Below, piece by piece: positions 1 to 14,713 of a stretch of DNA of 64,000 nucleotides. Location of the stretch: positions 3,038,001 to 3,102,000 of the forward strand of contig CM022677.1 in the NCBI GenBank assembly GCA_012295275.1. Reading direction: 5' to 3'. Made by a program: the position numbers and the translations under genes. The notes under the pieces were generated by a model. That model saw only the letters and a program-made list of their open reading frames with translations. It ran no database searches and was not told where the DNA came from. The stretch is from Chrysomallon squamiferum (Eukaryota; Animalia; Mollusca). How positions within the stretch are numbered: the first letter of the stretch is position 1; each line of letters starts with the position of its first letter.

Positions 1-415
1 TTCTGGACATCATGAGTTGGAAAGAGCCTCCCCATGCAACATCAAATAGTAGGTGTGTAGTGTGTCTGTACACAGACAAACACCTCCAAGATTCTGGACC
101 TCATGAGTTGGAAAGAGCCTCCCCATGCAACATCAAACAGTAGGTGTGTAGTGTGTCTGTACACAGACAAACACCTCCAAGATTCTGGACCTCATGAGCT
201 GGAAAGAGCCTCCCCATGCAACATCAAACAGTAGGTGTGTAGTGTGTCTGTACACAGACAAACACCTCCAAGATTCTGGACCTCATGAGTTGGAAAGAGC
301 CTCCCCATGCAACATCAAACAGTAGGTGTGTAGTGTGTCTGTACACAGACAAACACCTCCAAGTTTCTGGACCTCTAAGTTGGAAAGATCAAACAGTAGG
401 TGTGTAGTGTGTCTG
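1..415. repeat. 91-bp minisatellite, ~4.5 copies, runs off the window start
   Basis: TTCTGGAC recurs at 1, 92, 183, 274 and 365. The last copy is internally deleted. Confidence 0.95.
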
Positions 416-1111
416 GAAAACCACAACAAGGCCAGACAACAAAATCCCAGTGCTGCCTATAAGGACTTTCTCAAAAAGTCGAAAACAGTTTTTAGGTAAC
501 TTAGAAAATGTATACAAGATAAATATATGAGACATCCAAATATGATTTCATGTAATAATTTGTTTAACAGCCAAAATATATTTGTATTAAAAAAGCTGTG
601 TTTGTTAATAAGAAATATATGTGAGAGAGTATGTCCTCCACGTTAAACTTCTACATATGTGCATTTTGATTTTGTTATTATATGTCTGTAATACATTCTT
701 CTCTGTACTGTAATCTACAGTTTATGAGAATAAAGTCACTGTACAACTGAGTCTCATCTCCTATAAAAACACACATTATATTTGTCCTCACTTTTATTTG
801 TAGAATTCCCTGGTTATTAATTATTACTCCTTTTTTTATTTATAAATAAATAAATAAATAAATAAAATTAATAAAGTAAAAACACACAGAAAAGTAAAAA
901 GAACCTTAAAATCACAGTGTGATCTCTTGTTTTTATAATTGCTGAGTCATGTCATGAGTTGTCTTAATAATTATTCCTTATTGTATTATATTTTCATGTA
1001 GGCTGTTCAATTAAGAGAAAATATTTTGCATAGAATCTTGTGAAAGACTGAAGAAATATTTAAAACTGAAATGAACTGGAAAGGTTTACAATGAATAATG
1101 TATTTAAATAC

Positions 1112-2787
1112 CTGCTGGACAGCACCAAATACTTCAACTCTACAGGAGACTCAAGCTGCTTCAATTCCTATAAATATATTTGATGAAAGATGTGAATGTC
1201 ATTCAGCAAATACTGACATTTCCTTGTTATAAAACAATTCAACTAATTAAGTCAGCATGAATAAATATAATTATATTAAACTAAACATTGAAATATAACC
1301 ATTTTTAAATATTTTGTTTTGTATTCTAATGATATTTAATGATGCAGTTACCAATTCAAATTATTTACTGAAAGAAAACCTAAAGCTAGACAGATAACGA
1401 TTATGTCTAAAATAAAGATGAATTAAAGGTAAAGTAGAATTTTTCATTCAGAAGTACTTTCAACAAAATTAACATAGATCTGTTTTTGTTTATGAACTGA
1501 TTTCACACACACCTCAATATCATTCCTTAAACCATTTAGTCAAATGTTTGGGAGTTAAAAACGAAACTGTTTTGATTACTCCTAGTACAAATGTAAGCTA
1601 AAAAGAAATAAAACAATGCTAATGGAAGTTACTAAGTCACCTGCTGCTCAATTTCCAGGCTTTTGTCTTTGCCAATATCTTCTGCAAAGTGGTTTCATTT
1701 TAATGTTTTTCTTTGGCTGGTTTTAGCAGTTCAAGTTTTTCAAGTTTGTTTTTCCTGACATTTGACTGCTGAGATTGGTGACCTGGTGTAAGACTCTCCA
1801 ACTTAAGAATTGTTGATGAGGTCAGCTTCAATGTCCAGGACACCAAAATTGAGCTCTTCATCAGCAGACCTTTCAACAGATCTGAGTCAGAGTCACACTG
1901 GTGGGTGACTGCCTAGTTTGAGTAAATAAATAAATAAAATACAGTAAAAAATATAAAATAAATAAAATACTGCTACTACATTTACTGCATCATCACATGC
2001 TACTTTTATTACCATCATTACTATAACTAATATTTCCTGTTATTCCTTATTCAGGTAGGGTTACTGTTATTTTTTCACTATTAGTCCTATGCTTGATTCT
2101 TTATACTAATATCAGTATAATTACTACAACAACAACAACTATGACTACTGTTACTACTACTATTGCTGCTGTTACACTACTCTTCTTGTTACATTTATCA
2201 TTTCTCTAAAAACAACTACTATTAGTACTGCTACTACTACTACTACTACTACCACCACTACTGTTTACCAGGATGTCCTCCAGGTGCTGTCAGTTTAATC
2301 AGGCAGCTGTCTGCAACTGAAGGGAGACAATTCAAGATGATTCAGTTTTCTCCCCTTACTTCTTGACAGTGAGACCTTGAAATTAATTAAGTTTATATAA
2401 ATAATTTAAAAAGAAATCAACAGAACAACAGCATTAACAAGAATAAACCCTTTTACTTAGTATTCCTTATTTTTTCTTATTTTTACCATTGGATTAGCTT
2501 AGGTTAGAGTTAGGGTAAGGACTAGTGTTAGGACTAGTGTTAGGGTTAGGACGAGGGTGAGGATTAGGTTTAGGCTATTTATTTATTTATTATTGATTAT
2601 TTTTTATTATTTTTATTGTTCTATTTTTTAAAATTAATTTATTTATTACCAATGGCAGGAGCCACCTTTGTGAAAAGTTCTTCCATTTCATTTTCTTGTA
2701 AGTTTTTCTTCTGGTTGTTAAGATACAACGTTGTCAGTGGTGATGACTTCCCAACAACTGATAACACTGACAACAGTCTCTCCTTCC
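1112..2787 (-). pseudogene. Four-exon spliced pseudogene of unknown family (exons 2787-2650, 2375-2269, 1912-1641, 1167-1112)
   Basis: Each block is bounded by AG...GT on the - strand. Exon 1 is open (KERLLSVLSVVGKSSPLTTLYLNNQKKNLQENEMEELFTKVAPAI) and phase-compatible with exon 2 (GLTVKK*GEKTESS*IVSLQLQTAA*LN*QHLEDIL). Exons 2-4 carry stops or a frameshift. Confidence 0.6.
2495..2575 (+). repeat. Degenerate TTAGGG-like tract
   Basis: ttaggttagagttagggtaagg...ttagggttagg...ttaggtttagg, inside an intron of the pseudogene. Confidence 0.7.
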
Positions 2788-3039
2788 CTGATAGGAAAAA
2801 ATATTAATAAAAAAATGTTTAAAAAACTAGAATTTAAAATTTAAAATGTTAGGAAGCAGGAACTGTTCCTACTACACCTCTATTAAAACTACATAGCTAC
2901 TATTATTATTAATACTACTACTGCTACTATCACTAAACTAGTTATTACTACTACTGCTGCTGCTACTACCTACTACAACTACAGCTATGATAACTCATTA
3001 CTACATTAGCTTTTATTATCACTATCCTACTATGTTAGC

Positions 3040-3072
<33 letters not shown>

Positions 3073-3073
<1 letters not shown>

Positions 3074-3504
3074 GTGAGGGACTGAACTAAAAGCACAATT
3101 TAAAGATACATCAACACCATTAACATGTTTGAGGTTTATTTCTGGTTGTTTAGATGTAAAGTACTTGGGAAATTCCTCCAAGACACCTGGGATGTTAATA
3201 TAGAGTAAACACTGACACTGGTGCTTTCTTAAGGAACCCAGGACAGTAATGGTCTGCTAGTATTGGTCAGTGGTGTGAAATGTTATCTGTGTGACTGTGG
3301 TGAAAGAGAGTTCAAGAGAGTAGAGAGAATATCTGGCAAGGGAGAAAGATGTTTGAGACAATTCTCTGCATTGTGATTACTATACTTGTATAAGATTATA
3401 TTGTTATTTATATGATGAAGTATAAATAGGCAGAGGAAATAAAGATGTAATTGAAAAGGAACTTGTGTTGTTTTTGTGTGAGGTCCTGTAAGCACCCGGC
3501 CACA
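3073..3504 (+). mobile_element. Possible solo LTR (432 bp)
   Basis: A complex-sequence island that starts TGTG and ends CACA, with TATAAA (3421) and AATAAA (3438). No TSD recognised. Confidence 0.3.
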
Positions 3505-3592
3505 AACAAGATTGTCAGTTGTTTAAGTTTACAGACAAATATAAACTTATAAACATAAATGATTTAATTTCATTTTATTTTATTTATTTTAA

Positions 3593-3631
<39 letters not shown>

Positions 3632-3878
3632 TTTATTTTATTATTTTATTTTTTTATTTTATTTTATTACATTTTAATGTATTTTTTATTTTATTTTATT
3701 TCATTTCATTTTATTACATTTTAATTCATGTCTTATTTTTATTTTTATTTCACACCGTTTCATTTCTTTTCACATCACAGTCTGGGTAATAAAAATTACA
3801 ACACTCATGTCAAATATAAACTCATTTTGACTAAAATAAAAAAAAAGATTTACTGCAGAGAGAAATATTCTATACAGA

Positions 3879-3879
<1 letters not shown>

Positions 3880-3926
<47 letters not shown>

Positions 3927-3971
3927 TATATCTTGACACGATTACAATATAAATTGAGAAAAATATTATTA

Positions 3972-4056
<85 letters not shown>

Positions 4057-4084
4057 ACACATCCATTCATTGTAGAATGCAGAT

Positions 4085-4118
<34 letters not shown>

Positions 4119-4142
4119 GCACACACACACGAACACACATAC
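3880..4142. repeat. Compound (CA)n/(GA)n/(CA)n microsatellites
   Basis: Directly visible. Confidence 0.95.
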
Positions 4143-4704
4143 ATATGGTATGTTTATTTATTTTTTTTTTTTTTTGTTTGTTTGTTTTTTTTTGTAAGGG
4201 AGTTATTGTTTTGGGGGTTTTGGGGTTGTTTTTATATAATGATGATATGAAAGAGGAAACATTAAACCACCAGCACACACCAAATACAAATATTTTTTTT
4301 TTTTTTTTTTTAATGTGTTGTGTTGTGTTGTGTTGTGTTGTGTTGTGTTGTGTTCTGATGTCTTGTAATGTGTTTGTGTCTTGTAATTTATGGTGTTTAT
4401 TTTACTTTAATTTTTTATTTTATTTTATTTTATTTATTTATCTATTATTTATTTTTTTTTATTTTATTATATTTGTTTATTTCATATTATTATATTTTAT
4501 TTATTTATTTATTTACTTATTTATTATTTTATTTGTTTTTTATTTTATTTTAATATAGTTTATTTATTCATTTTCTTATTTATTTACTTACTCTTCTTTA
4601 TTTATTTATTTCTTTATTTATTTATTTATATGTTATTTAGTGAGTGATGTTTCTATTGTTCAAGGTAATACTAATCTGTCTGCAAAAGAAGAGAAATACA
4701 CAAA

Positions 4705-4892
4705 AACAGTGAACACTTCAATATGTCGATGAATTTCTGAAAAGAAGATAAATATGGAAAAGCAGTGAACATTTCAATATGTCAGTGAATTTCTGAAAAG
4801 AAGATAAATATGGAAAAGCAATTTACATTTCAATATGTCAATGAATTTCTGAAAAGAAGATACATATGGAAAAGCAATTTACATTTCAATAT
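4705..4892. repeat. 56-bp tandem repeat, ~3.3 copies
   Basis: TTCTGAAAAGAAGATA at 4735, 4791 and 4847. Confidence 0.9.
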
Positions 4893-7727
4893 TTGCATTT
4901 CCAAAAGAAAATGAACCCAGAAATAAATTGTATGAATTCATTATTTAGATGAATGTGTGAAAAGAGAAAAATATAAAAAAATGAATGGGAAAAAATAAAT
5001 AATTGTTACAAAGCAATGTACATTTTAATATATCGACACATTTCAAGAAAAAGATAAGTAAGAATGGAGGTAAAATACATTTCATTATTTGTATTTATTT
5101 CTATAAAATTAAAAAGAATGAAAGAAAGAAAAAAGGAAAGAAAAGATATATGTGGGGACAATAATGTATACTGTAATACAAAATGTACATTTCTACAACA
5201 AAACAAACATGAAAAGAAAAATGTACATTTCAAAATACAGATCACATTTAGATACATTCATAAAAAAAAAAGTAATAAGTAATAGTGAAAAAAAAAAAAT
5301 AACGTGATGTCATAATTTTATAAATAAATAAATAAATATATATATATATATATACTTTTCTCTTTTTCTTTTTTTTATTTGTGGAGTCTTTTGTGAGGTT
5401 TGTTATGGTTAAACAACAGGAAAATTAGAGAATAAAATATATTAAAATTTGATTCATTAACGGAAATAGCCGGAATACGAAATTAAGTTAAATGAAATAA
5501 TAATAACATTATGAAAAATAATTAATTACATATTAATCTGTACTATTTATAACACAGAATCAGGAGAAAAAAAGCTAAAATCGTTTGCATTTTGTTTTTT
5601 GTTAAACTAATAGTAATGCTCATTGTTCTGTGAGGTTAGAACGGGAAAATAAGTCAAAATAAAAGTTTTAGAAAAAATAAAATTTTATCGCTAAAAGTCT
5701 GCATGTTTTGTTTACAGAAGTTTATACTATGTGAGTTAGATTGGGAAAAAAATGTAATAAACTCCTCCACACAGAAGATATTGCTGTAGGTTAAACGTTA
5801 AAAATGGCGCCAGCATTCACCTAATTACCAGCATCGCACTACGAAGTTATGGTCAAAATAATGATGTCACAACGATCAACATCATCAGCAGCAGCACCAT
5901 AAAGACATCCCTTATCAAATCATCTCGCAGTAAACTGCATCATCATCATCAGGGTCGTCATCGTTGTCGTCTTTACAGTTGTAGTTGATGTTATTACAAG
6001 CAGTGGTGACTGTTATTCACTGTCAGTGTAACGTGTGTGAATTATCTCTGTTTATCAGCGCGTCTGTGTGTCTGTGTGTGTGTGTGTCTGTCTGTGTGTC
6101 TGTCTGTCTGTGTGTGTGTCTGTCTGAGTGTCTCTGAATGTTTATCTAGATGTCTAGATGTGACAGACATTTTAATTACTGTGTAATATAGCTTTTAATT
6201 TTTCCATCAATCTCTCGCTCTCATACCTCTGTAATTAACATTCTTTCTTTCTGTCTTCCTCTCTGTTTATACAACTATTTTTCCTTTCATGATCATTTTA
6301 TTGGGGTTTCTTTCTTTGTTTCTCTGTCTCCTTCTCTCTCTTTCTTTGTTTCTGTGTATCTCTCTTTCTCTCTCTTTTTTTTTTCCTTCCTTTCTCTGTC
6401 TTTCTGTCTCTCTTATTCTTTTTTTATATCTATCAATCTATAAATCTATCTCACTTTTTCTTTTTTCCATTTTATCTCTCTCTCTTTCTTTCTAACTACT
6501 TGTCCATACTTCATCTAATTTTGTATCTCTCCTTTTTTCTATCTTTCTTAATTCGATTCTTTTTTTTTTCTTTTTTTTTGTGATTATTATAAAGATAAAT
6601 ATGAGATTGAGGGGGGGGGAAATGATACAGAAGAAAAATTAAGCAAATTCAAAATGCAGAAAAAAACAGAAAAGAAAAAAAAAAAGGACAAAAAGAAAAT
6701 TAAATATCTTGACACAGAAATTCTTCCTTTTAAACGTTTGTAACAAGAATTCGCTACTAAGTCCTGTGGATTGCCGCCAAAACCATTCCGCAGACAAAGT
6801 CATGACAACAGGACCAACACGAATAATCAACACGAAGATGGTCTATCTTGATTCGCCGAAGCGTTTTCCTACAGTAATTTCTTACAAATCCATTCATTTC
6901 AGCAGCGTTATTAACCTTTTAACTCAATACTAACGTTAAGCCGCCCTTAGAATTGGTTAAAGAATTCAATTTAGTCAAGCAGTTAATTTCTCTGACCAAG
7001 GACGAAGGGCCAAGCAAATTGTCCATCTTGTTCCGGACAATTTCAAAGCATCCTCCGGATAAATCACAAGTGTCGGCATCAGATAAAGTCATTTCTCAAA
7101 AGAAACACGGACAAAAACAGAACAGCTCGGTAAAGAAAGTGAAATATGTGATTTTTTGTTTTCTTTAAACAAATAATAAAATGATAAAAAAAAAAGTGTG
7201 ATTTGTGGTGAAGATTATGGTTGTGTAATAAAAGTGGAGGATTTTCTTTCTTTTTTAATTTGTTTTTAGCATATTTTCTCTTATTTATTTATTTTTAATT
7301 ATTAATTTCCCAAACTGACACACTAAACAATGTTATTAATAGGAATAAAAAAGAATAAATAAATGAATATATAATATACTGATAAATGAAAAATAATTAA
7401 ATGAAATATATTTAAGTAAATGCAATAATTTCATATAAAATAAAATTAATAATCTGTAAATGTAATGTCAAAAGTTATGTACTATATTTTAAGAGTTGTA
7501 AAATAAAGTAAAATAAACAGAGAATAAATAAAAATACAATTTGAAAACATAAATAAACAAAATACCTATATAATGTTTTAAATTATACTGTACAGAAATT
7601 ATAAAATATAGAATAAAATGTTCTGATAAACAAACTAATCTAAATAGTAATAATAAATCTTTAAGTATAAATGCTTTTAATGAACAAATGAATAAAAAAT
7701 AAACTAAACTAAATGACTTTGTGTAAG

Positions 7728-7782
<55 letters not shown>

Positions 7783-7876
7783 AAAAAACATTTTCTGTAA
7801 AATTTACAACAAACAAGATAATTAAGTGAAAGACAAAAACAAACTACTAAGTACCTTTTTTAATTATTTAATATTT

Positions 7877-8038
7877 TCGAACCTAGAATCAATCATTATG
7901 TGTTATAATTACTGGTCTGTTATCAGCACAACGCTTTCACTGATAAATAATCATCTCGAACCTAGAATCAATCATTATGTGTTATAATTACTGGTCTGTT
8001 ATCAGCACAACGCTTTCATCGATAAATAATCATCTCGA
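7877..8038. repeat. 79-bp tandem duplication
   Basis: TCGAACCTAGAATCAATC at 7877 and 7956. Confidence 0.9.
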
Positions 8039-10527
8039 CTGGAAAATTTACTACGAGACTCAGGCAAAGTAGACATTTTCTTTTCGGTTATCGTTCCTTT
8101 TCCTGCGTACAAAGCTGTCGTGTAGGTTTTTCGTTTTGTCATGTTAATAAACTGTACTGGATTGTTTCCCCTTGAATGGTCATTCTCTTTAACTGTTTAC
8201 ACATTTCGAGTGATGGTCAGAGGTAATTATATATTAATTACTGTGCTGATATAAAATGTGCATAGCTTGGATGAATTCGCGAGGGTCTCTAACAAAATGG
8301 TTTACTGTTAGCGCATGTGGCTTTGTGTGCGTGCGTGTGTGTGAGTACAGTTACGTGTCTGAAGTATTGTCACTGTGTTGTTGAAGGTTCTGCGTGAGGT
8401 GGGTGGTTGAGGGGGGATGCAGTGCATGCTGCATAATTGCTCTTATTTATATATAAATATATAAATAAAGGACAAAATAACATATTATTTCAATACAGAT
8501 TCACATTATATATACATGACATGCATATATACATTAACAGACACACTCACACAAAATTAAACACGTATATAAATTATAATAATGTATTCATTTCAAAACA
8601 GTCAGAAATTCTGAATCATAATTTCGCTGATACATCAAGTAATTCAACAAAAAGTTTTAAAAAAATTACAGCAATAAAAAATAATGGTATCATCTTTTAA
8701 TTTTTTTTCTTTCTCCCTGTTTCTTTTACAACGATTTATATATTTATCGTATATAAATTTCAATTTGAGTGTAAATAAAAGGAAAAAAAAGAAAAAGAAA
8801 AAAAAAATGTGTGTGTGTAAGAGCAAGAGGTATTGAGAGAGAGAAAAAGAGAGAGAGAAAAAAAAAAGTGAAAGAGAAAAAAAAATTATTTTTTTTTCTT
8901 TCTTTCTTTACCGTTAACTGCAAACAACAAAAAAAGGTTTTTATATCTCCATTTTTAGTTATTCAAACATTTGCTCTTTCTCTTTCACAAGTCAAGAATT
9001 AAGGTGTTCATTTGATATACTAGTTATTTGCGAAACTAAAGAAAACTCACGGAAACACACGAACATAAACATGTCACCTTAACATTCCGTTATTTACAAC
9101 AGAAACGAGAAAAGAACTGATTAATTAATTAATATTCCCACACACGAATCATCCATGCGTTCAAGAATGTAGATTTCGTGATTTCTTTTTTCTTTTTTTC
9201 TTTTTATTCAATCATTGATGTTTCATATCGAAAGAGCACACATTTAAATTTCTGTTTTGGTTCCTGTCAAAATGGCCGATATTCTGTTCTACTCGGCCGG
9301 CTCTCGGTCTTATTGCCATGGTTAAAAAGCGAATTTCTTGGATCACAAAACAGCTGTGAAGAACATTACGGCATTCACAAAGCCATCGATTTACGATCCG
9401 TCAAGCTTGATCCAAAACAGGGGGTCTAATGTAAGCAGTACATGGTCCAATACAAAGTGCGGCCCCGCCTAAAAAATTCCATTAAAACTAACAAGAGTTC
9501 AATCACGGTTTTGCAAAAAGAAATCGATTGCCTGGGGCCCTTTTAAGGTATATAAGAAAGAAAAAATATATATATTTAAAGATTTCTGTGGGGATATTTT
9601 TCCTTTTTTTTTTTTTTTTTTTTTATTATGATTTCAATTTCTTTTTTTCATTTTCTTAATATTTTTTTTTTTTTTTTTTTGTATTGTCATATAATTAATA
9701 AATTACTTCTTTTTTTTAAATTTGTTTACTTACTTTTATTTCATATTTATTTATTTGTATGTTTATTTGTTTGTTGGGTTGTTTGTTTCACAGTTTGCTT
9801 TTCTATCTTTCTTTCTGTCTTTCTTTCTTTCTTTTTTTTTGTTTCTTTGTTTCTTTATTTCTTTCATTATGCATTTATTTATTTACTAGTTTATTTAAAT
9901 ATACCTTCAAACCTTTATATTTGCAGTGACTACAATCTTCTTACGAATACCGACAAATATAACGTAAAAGAATCCTTATAGAAACATTTACTGAAATTCG
10001 ATTTCAAACAAATTTTAAATAAGTAACATGGAGTGATTCCGATAAACAAAAATCAATTTCAACAGCAAGTCAAAATAAATAATATCAGTTTATCATATTT
10101 ATGTACTGAATAATTTGATTTAGCAAAATTATAACTCAAACAAATTTTTCTCATTTTACTAAAATAATAATAAAAGTAAAAGAAAGGAAATTAATGTTAA
10201 ATATTGCTTTTGTAGTTAGAAACGAAGAAAGAAAGAATGAAAGAAAGAATGAATGAATAAGAAAGAGTAGTAAAGAAATTAAAAGAAAAGAAATACATTA
10301 ATAATGTAATTTAATTAATGTTAGACAAAACTACATATAACTATAAGAGTCATCTCCTTGTACATACTTTTCATATCATGTAATTTCAGTTCTTTCAGAG
10401 CAGTTGAGTCAGTACACGTTTTGTATATATAATTATATTAGGCTTATGTAATTGCCTTTTACACAGGTTGTTAAAACTGAATGTTTTAAAGTTAAATAAA
10501 ATAGTAAATATTTTTTTGTTTTGTTTT

Positions 10528-10593
<66 letters not shown>

Positions 10594-10639
10594 TCCAAGT
10601 CAAGTTGAAAAAAAAAAAAATGTACCCTCGCTCAAGAAC

Positions 10640-10710
10640 GATCCCACGACCCCCAGAAAAAAGTCTGGTGACCCCTCTGGAGGTCATGACCCTCAGGTTG
10701 AAAACCTATG
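10640..10710. mobile_element. Isolated hAT (Charlie/Buster)-like MITE end
   Basis: gacccc...ggtgacccc...ggtcatgaccctcaggttgaaaacctatg resembles GGGTCGCGACCC...GTTGAGAACCACTG-type hAT ends. No partner end found. Confidence 0.35.
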
Positions 10711-11220
10711 TCCTTTACACAGCTAAATGAACAAGAACAGTATTAGTGTGTTAACACCTAAGTGAATTCACTCATTTAGATTAAATGTCAAAAGCAGAAG
10801 TCTACATAAATACGTATGATGCACATATGCTTTCTTTTATTGAACTCATTGCAAAGCGACCTAAAAAACGGCAAAGTATTTAACTTTCAAATGCCACGCT
10901 ATTGTCACAAACATAAAATTAAACATCAAAATACATACATCGATGTTTTTTGTTTCTAATACAAAATGGCTGTTAGCAAATTAGTGCATACACAACGTGT
11001 TCAGGCATTTAAGTCATTTATCATGTGAATCTCAGTTATATTAATTTGTATACGTTTAGAAGAACTGTGTGTATTGTCAAACTCTAATCACAACAGTAAA
11101 CAATACATTTGACAGAAATAACGAAAGTCTGCTGACTGATCACAGAATGTGACAGGGAGATCATCGGACAAAATGGAGGCAAGATGTATCCATAGATTCA
11201 ACTTTCAGGTAATCTGTTTC

Positions 11221-11223
11221 AAA

Positions 11224-11290
<67 letters not shown>

Positions 11291-11606
11291 ACAAACAAAC
11301 AAATAAAATAAATAAACAAAAAGAAGCAAATAAATAAATAAATAAGTAAGTAAATAAGTAACAAATAAACAAATAAATAAACAAATAAATAAAACAAAAC
11401 AAACAAATAAATAAATAAACAAACAAATAAATAAATAAGTAAATAATAAATAAATAAATAAACAAATAAATAAACAAACAAATAAATAAATAAACAAGTA
11501 AATAAACAAACAAACAAATAAACAAATAAATAAATAAATAAATAAACAAATAAATAAATAAATAAATAAATAAATAAAAAAAAATAAATAAATAATAGAA
11601 AAAAAA

Positions 11607-11685
<79 letters not shown>

Positions 11686-11950
11686 ACAAATAAATAATAA
11701 AAAAAAAAATAATTAAATAAATAATTAAATAAATAAACAAATAAATAAATAAACAAATATATAAATAAATAAACAAATAAATAAATAAATAAACAAATAA
11801 ATAAATAAACAAATAAATAAATAAAGTAAATAAATAAATAAACAAATAAATAATAAAAAACAAATAATTAAATAAATAATTAAATAAATAAACAAATAAA
11901 TAAATAAACAAATATATAAATAAATAAACAAATAAATAAATAAATAAATA
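11221..11950. repeat. (TAAA/CAAA)n microsatellite, ~730 bp
   Basis: Directly visible; source of the FIYL ORFs. Confidence 0.97.
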
Positions 11951-12904
11951 AGAAGAAAACAAGAAGGCTGACTACACTGGTTAATACTAAGTCGATGTCG
12001 ATCCCTCAACTAGACCCTGGCAATACAATCTGAAATATGAAGACAGGAAATATTTGACTTTATAAAACATAGTGACAGTTACCACGAAACTAAACTTCGA
12101 CAGAGAGTAATGACCGACAAATTCAAAAATCTGAATGAATTGACGATACACACAATGACCCAGTGACCGAACTTTCTTACACTGATATTCTTAAAATGAT
12201 AAAACAAATTAAATCTTTCGCTGCTTCTATTGACAGCAGATTTTGTAACTGATGTTAAACATGGAGGCCATGACAGAGAAGTTTGTTTTTGAGAGAAACA
12301 GGAAAAATAATAATAATAATAAAGTAGAAGATAAAAACACAGTTGTCGATGACAGACTGTTTCTCATATGAAACTTGATAGACACTTCACAATAACACTA
12401 GAAATAAAATATATTTCATGTCATTTTAACTTGTACAAGCCTGCGCTCTGTTTAAAACGGCAGCTATGATTGGTCCCAAATGAGTCCACTGTATACATAC
12501 ACACGTACACAAAAGACACACACACATACACAAACGCACGCACGCACACACACACACACACACACATATATATCAATATCTGTCTCTGTATCTATGTATG
12601 TATGTTTGTATGTATGTGTGTCTGTCTGTGTATCTGAGTGTATATATATATATGTTTGTGAGTGTGTATACACAGAGAGAAAAAGATAGATACAATACAC
12701 AGACATCTAATCACACATAACTCTTTCTTAAGCATACATACATACGTAGTACATACATATATACAAACACGCATACATACATACACACAACTAAGTTGAT
12801 AATCTTGTAGTTGTAAATGTTTCTAGTATGTTGATAAACTAATAGTTACATACAAGTTTGTGAACCTTAAGATCATAATGTGATTGAATTAATATTGTTT
12901 TGAA

Positions 12905-12974
<70 letters not shown>

Positions 12975-13507
12975 TGTTTCTTTTTATTAAAATGAATTTA
13001 CTTTTAGTCTGTTTTACATGTTACAGAATTATAATGCAGTGACTGAGGGTAATGTGTAAGTAAACCTATCACTTTTGTTAATATATTATCAGATTTAAAT
13101 TAAAATAACCTTCTTGGACAAGCATGTTTTTACAGAAACACTTCTGATAAAGAGATAAGTTAAAAAAAAGGAAAGGTGGATGCATTTGTGTATGTCACTG
13201 TGTACTTGTGTGTGTTGCTGTGTGATTTGTATGTATCAGTTTGTGTTTGTGTGTAGGTGGGGTTTTTGTGTCTGTGTGTCATAGTGTGCGAGCATGTTAC
13301 TGTTAAAACAAAAACAAACTCGTTGCAAAATATAATTACTCGTATTTGTTTTTATTAGTTGGTTCCTTACTTATCTCCCCGTCTTAAACTTACACAATGT
13401 TTATTCTATTCACCTTTATTTGAAATCTGTGCGAATGTCAAAGCATGAGTGGGTGTGTAACTGAGCTTATGTATGACAAACAGCTGTTAGTGTGGGTGTT
13501 TATAGAT

Positions 13508-13791
13508 ATGTGTGTTTGTGTGTACGCTTTTTGTGTGTGTGTTTGTGTATGTATGTATGTGTGTATGTATGTATATATATGTATGTGTATGTATGTGTAT
13601 GTATGTGTATGTATGTATGTGTGTATGTATGTGTGTGTGTGTATGTATGTGTGTATGTATGTATGTGTGTGTATATATGTGTGTATGTATATATGTGTGT
13701 ATGTATGTATGTGTGTGTGTGTATGTATGTGTGTATGTATGTAGGTATGTATGTGTGTATGTATGTGTATGTATGTATGTGTGTGTATGTA

Positions 13792-13822
<31 letters not shown>

Positions 13823-13915
13823 ATGTATGTATGTATGTATGTATGTGTGTGTGTGTGTGTGTATGTGTGTGTGTATGTGTGTGTGTATGTGTGTGTGTAT
13901 GTATGTATGTGTTTG
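13508..13915. repeat. (TG/TATG)n microsatellite
   Basis: Directly visible. Confidence 0.95.
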
Positions 13916-14294
13916 TGTTGGAGTATTTATGTGTACGAATATAAAATCAGTGGATATCTACGAATATGTGTGTGTTTGAGACAGTGTATAGTGTAGGTGC
14001 ATTTTTGCTATCTATGTATGTGTGTGAAAGACAGTGACATCTTTTTATGTATGTGTATATATATGCTTATTTATTATTATTATTATTTTGGCTACATTTT
14101 TTTTGTTTCTTTATTTTTTTTTTTTTTTTTTATTTATTTATTTTTTTTTTTGTTAAAGTTTGAGAGAGGTGCATGTTGATAATTGTTTTCCAAATCAAGG
14201 GTTGAATTAATATTTAATCCCATGAAAAAATAAATATTATCTTTTTTATATCTTGAAGCTATGTGTATGTATTACACAGGAATTATCAGAACAG

Positions 14295-14351
<57 letters not shown>

Positions 14352-14670
14352 AAACATATTCATGATATTAAGTAACATTAAGAAAAAAAAATGAAAGAAG
14401 AAGAAAGAAAGAAGAAAAGAAGAGTATCTCAGTTTACAAAATGACATAGTTTATAAACTGAGCTTGTATAGTGGCTTTAAAATACAATGGGATAATCCAA
14501 CTGATTAGGAGGTGTTTTTTTACACATTTTTCATTCTGTACTCTCTTTCAGAATGTATTTAATTTTTAAACGTCTGTTTTGTTCACCTACTTATAAACTG
14601 GAGTGACTTCCCTTCCATCAATTAAACCCCAACTTTATATGAACACTATATTCTATTTTTCATTAAGTTT

Positions 14671-14713
<43 letters not shown>

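Noticed and set aside
11962-12020. tRNA/SINE-head-like GGTTAA...GTCGATCCC
   Set aside because: Boxes are too degenerate and no cloverleaf forms.
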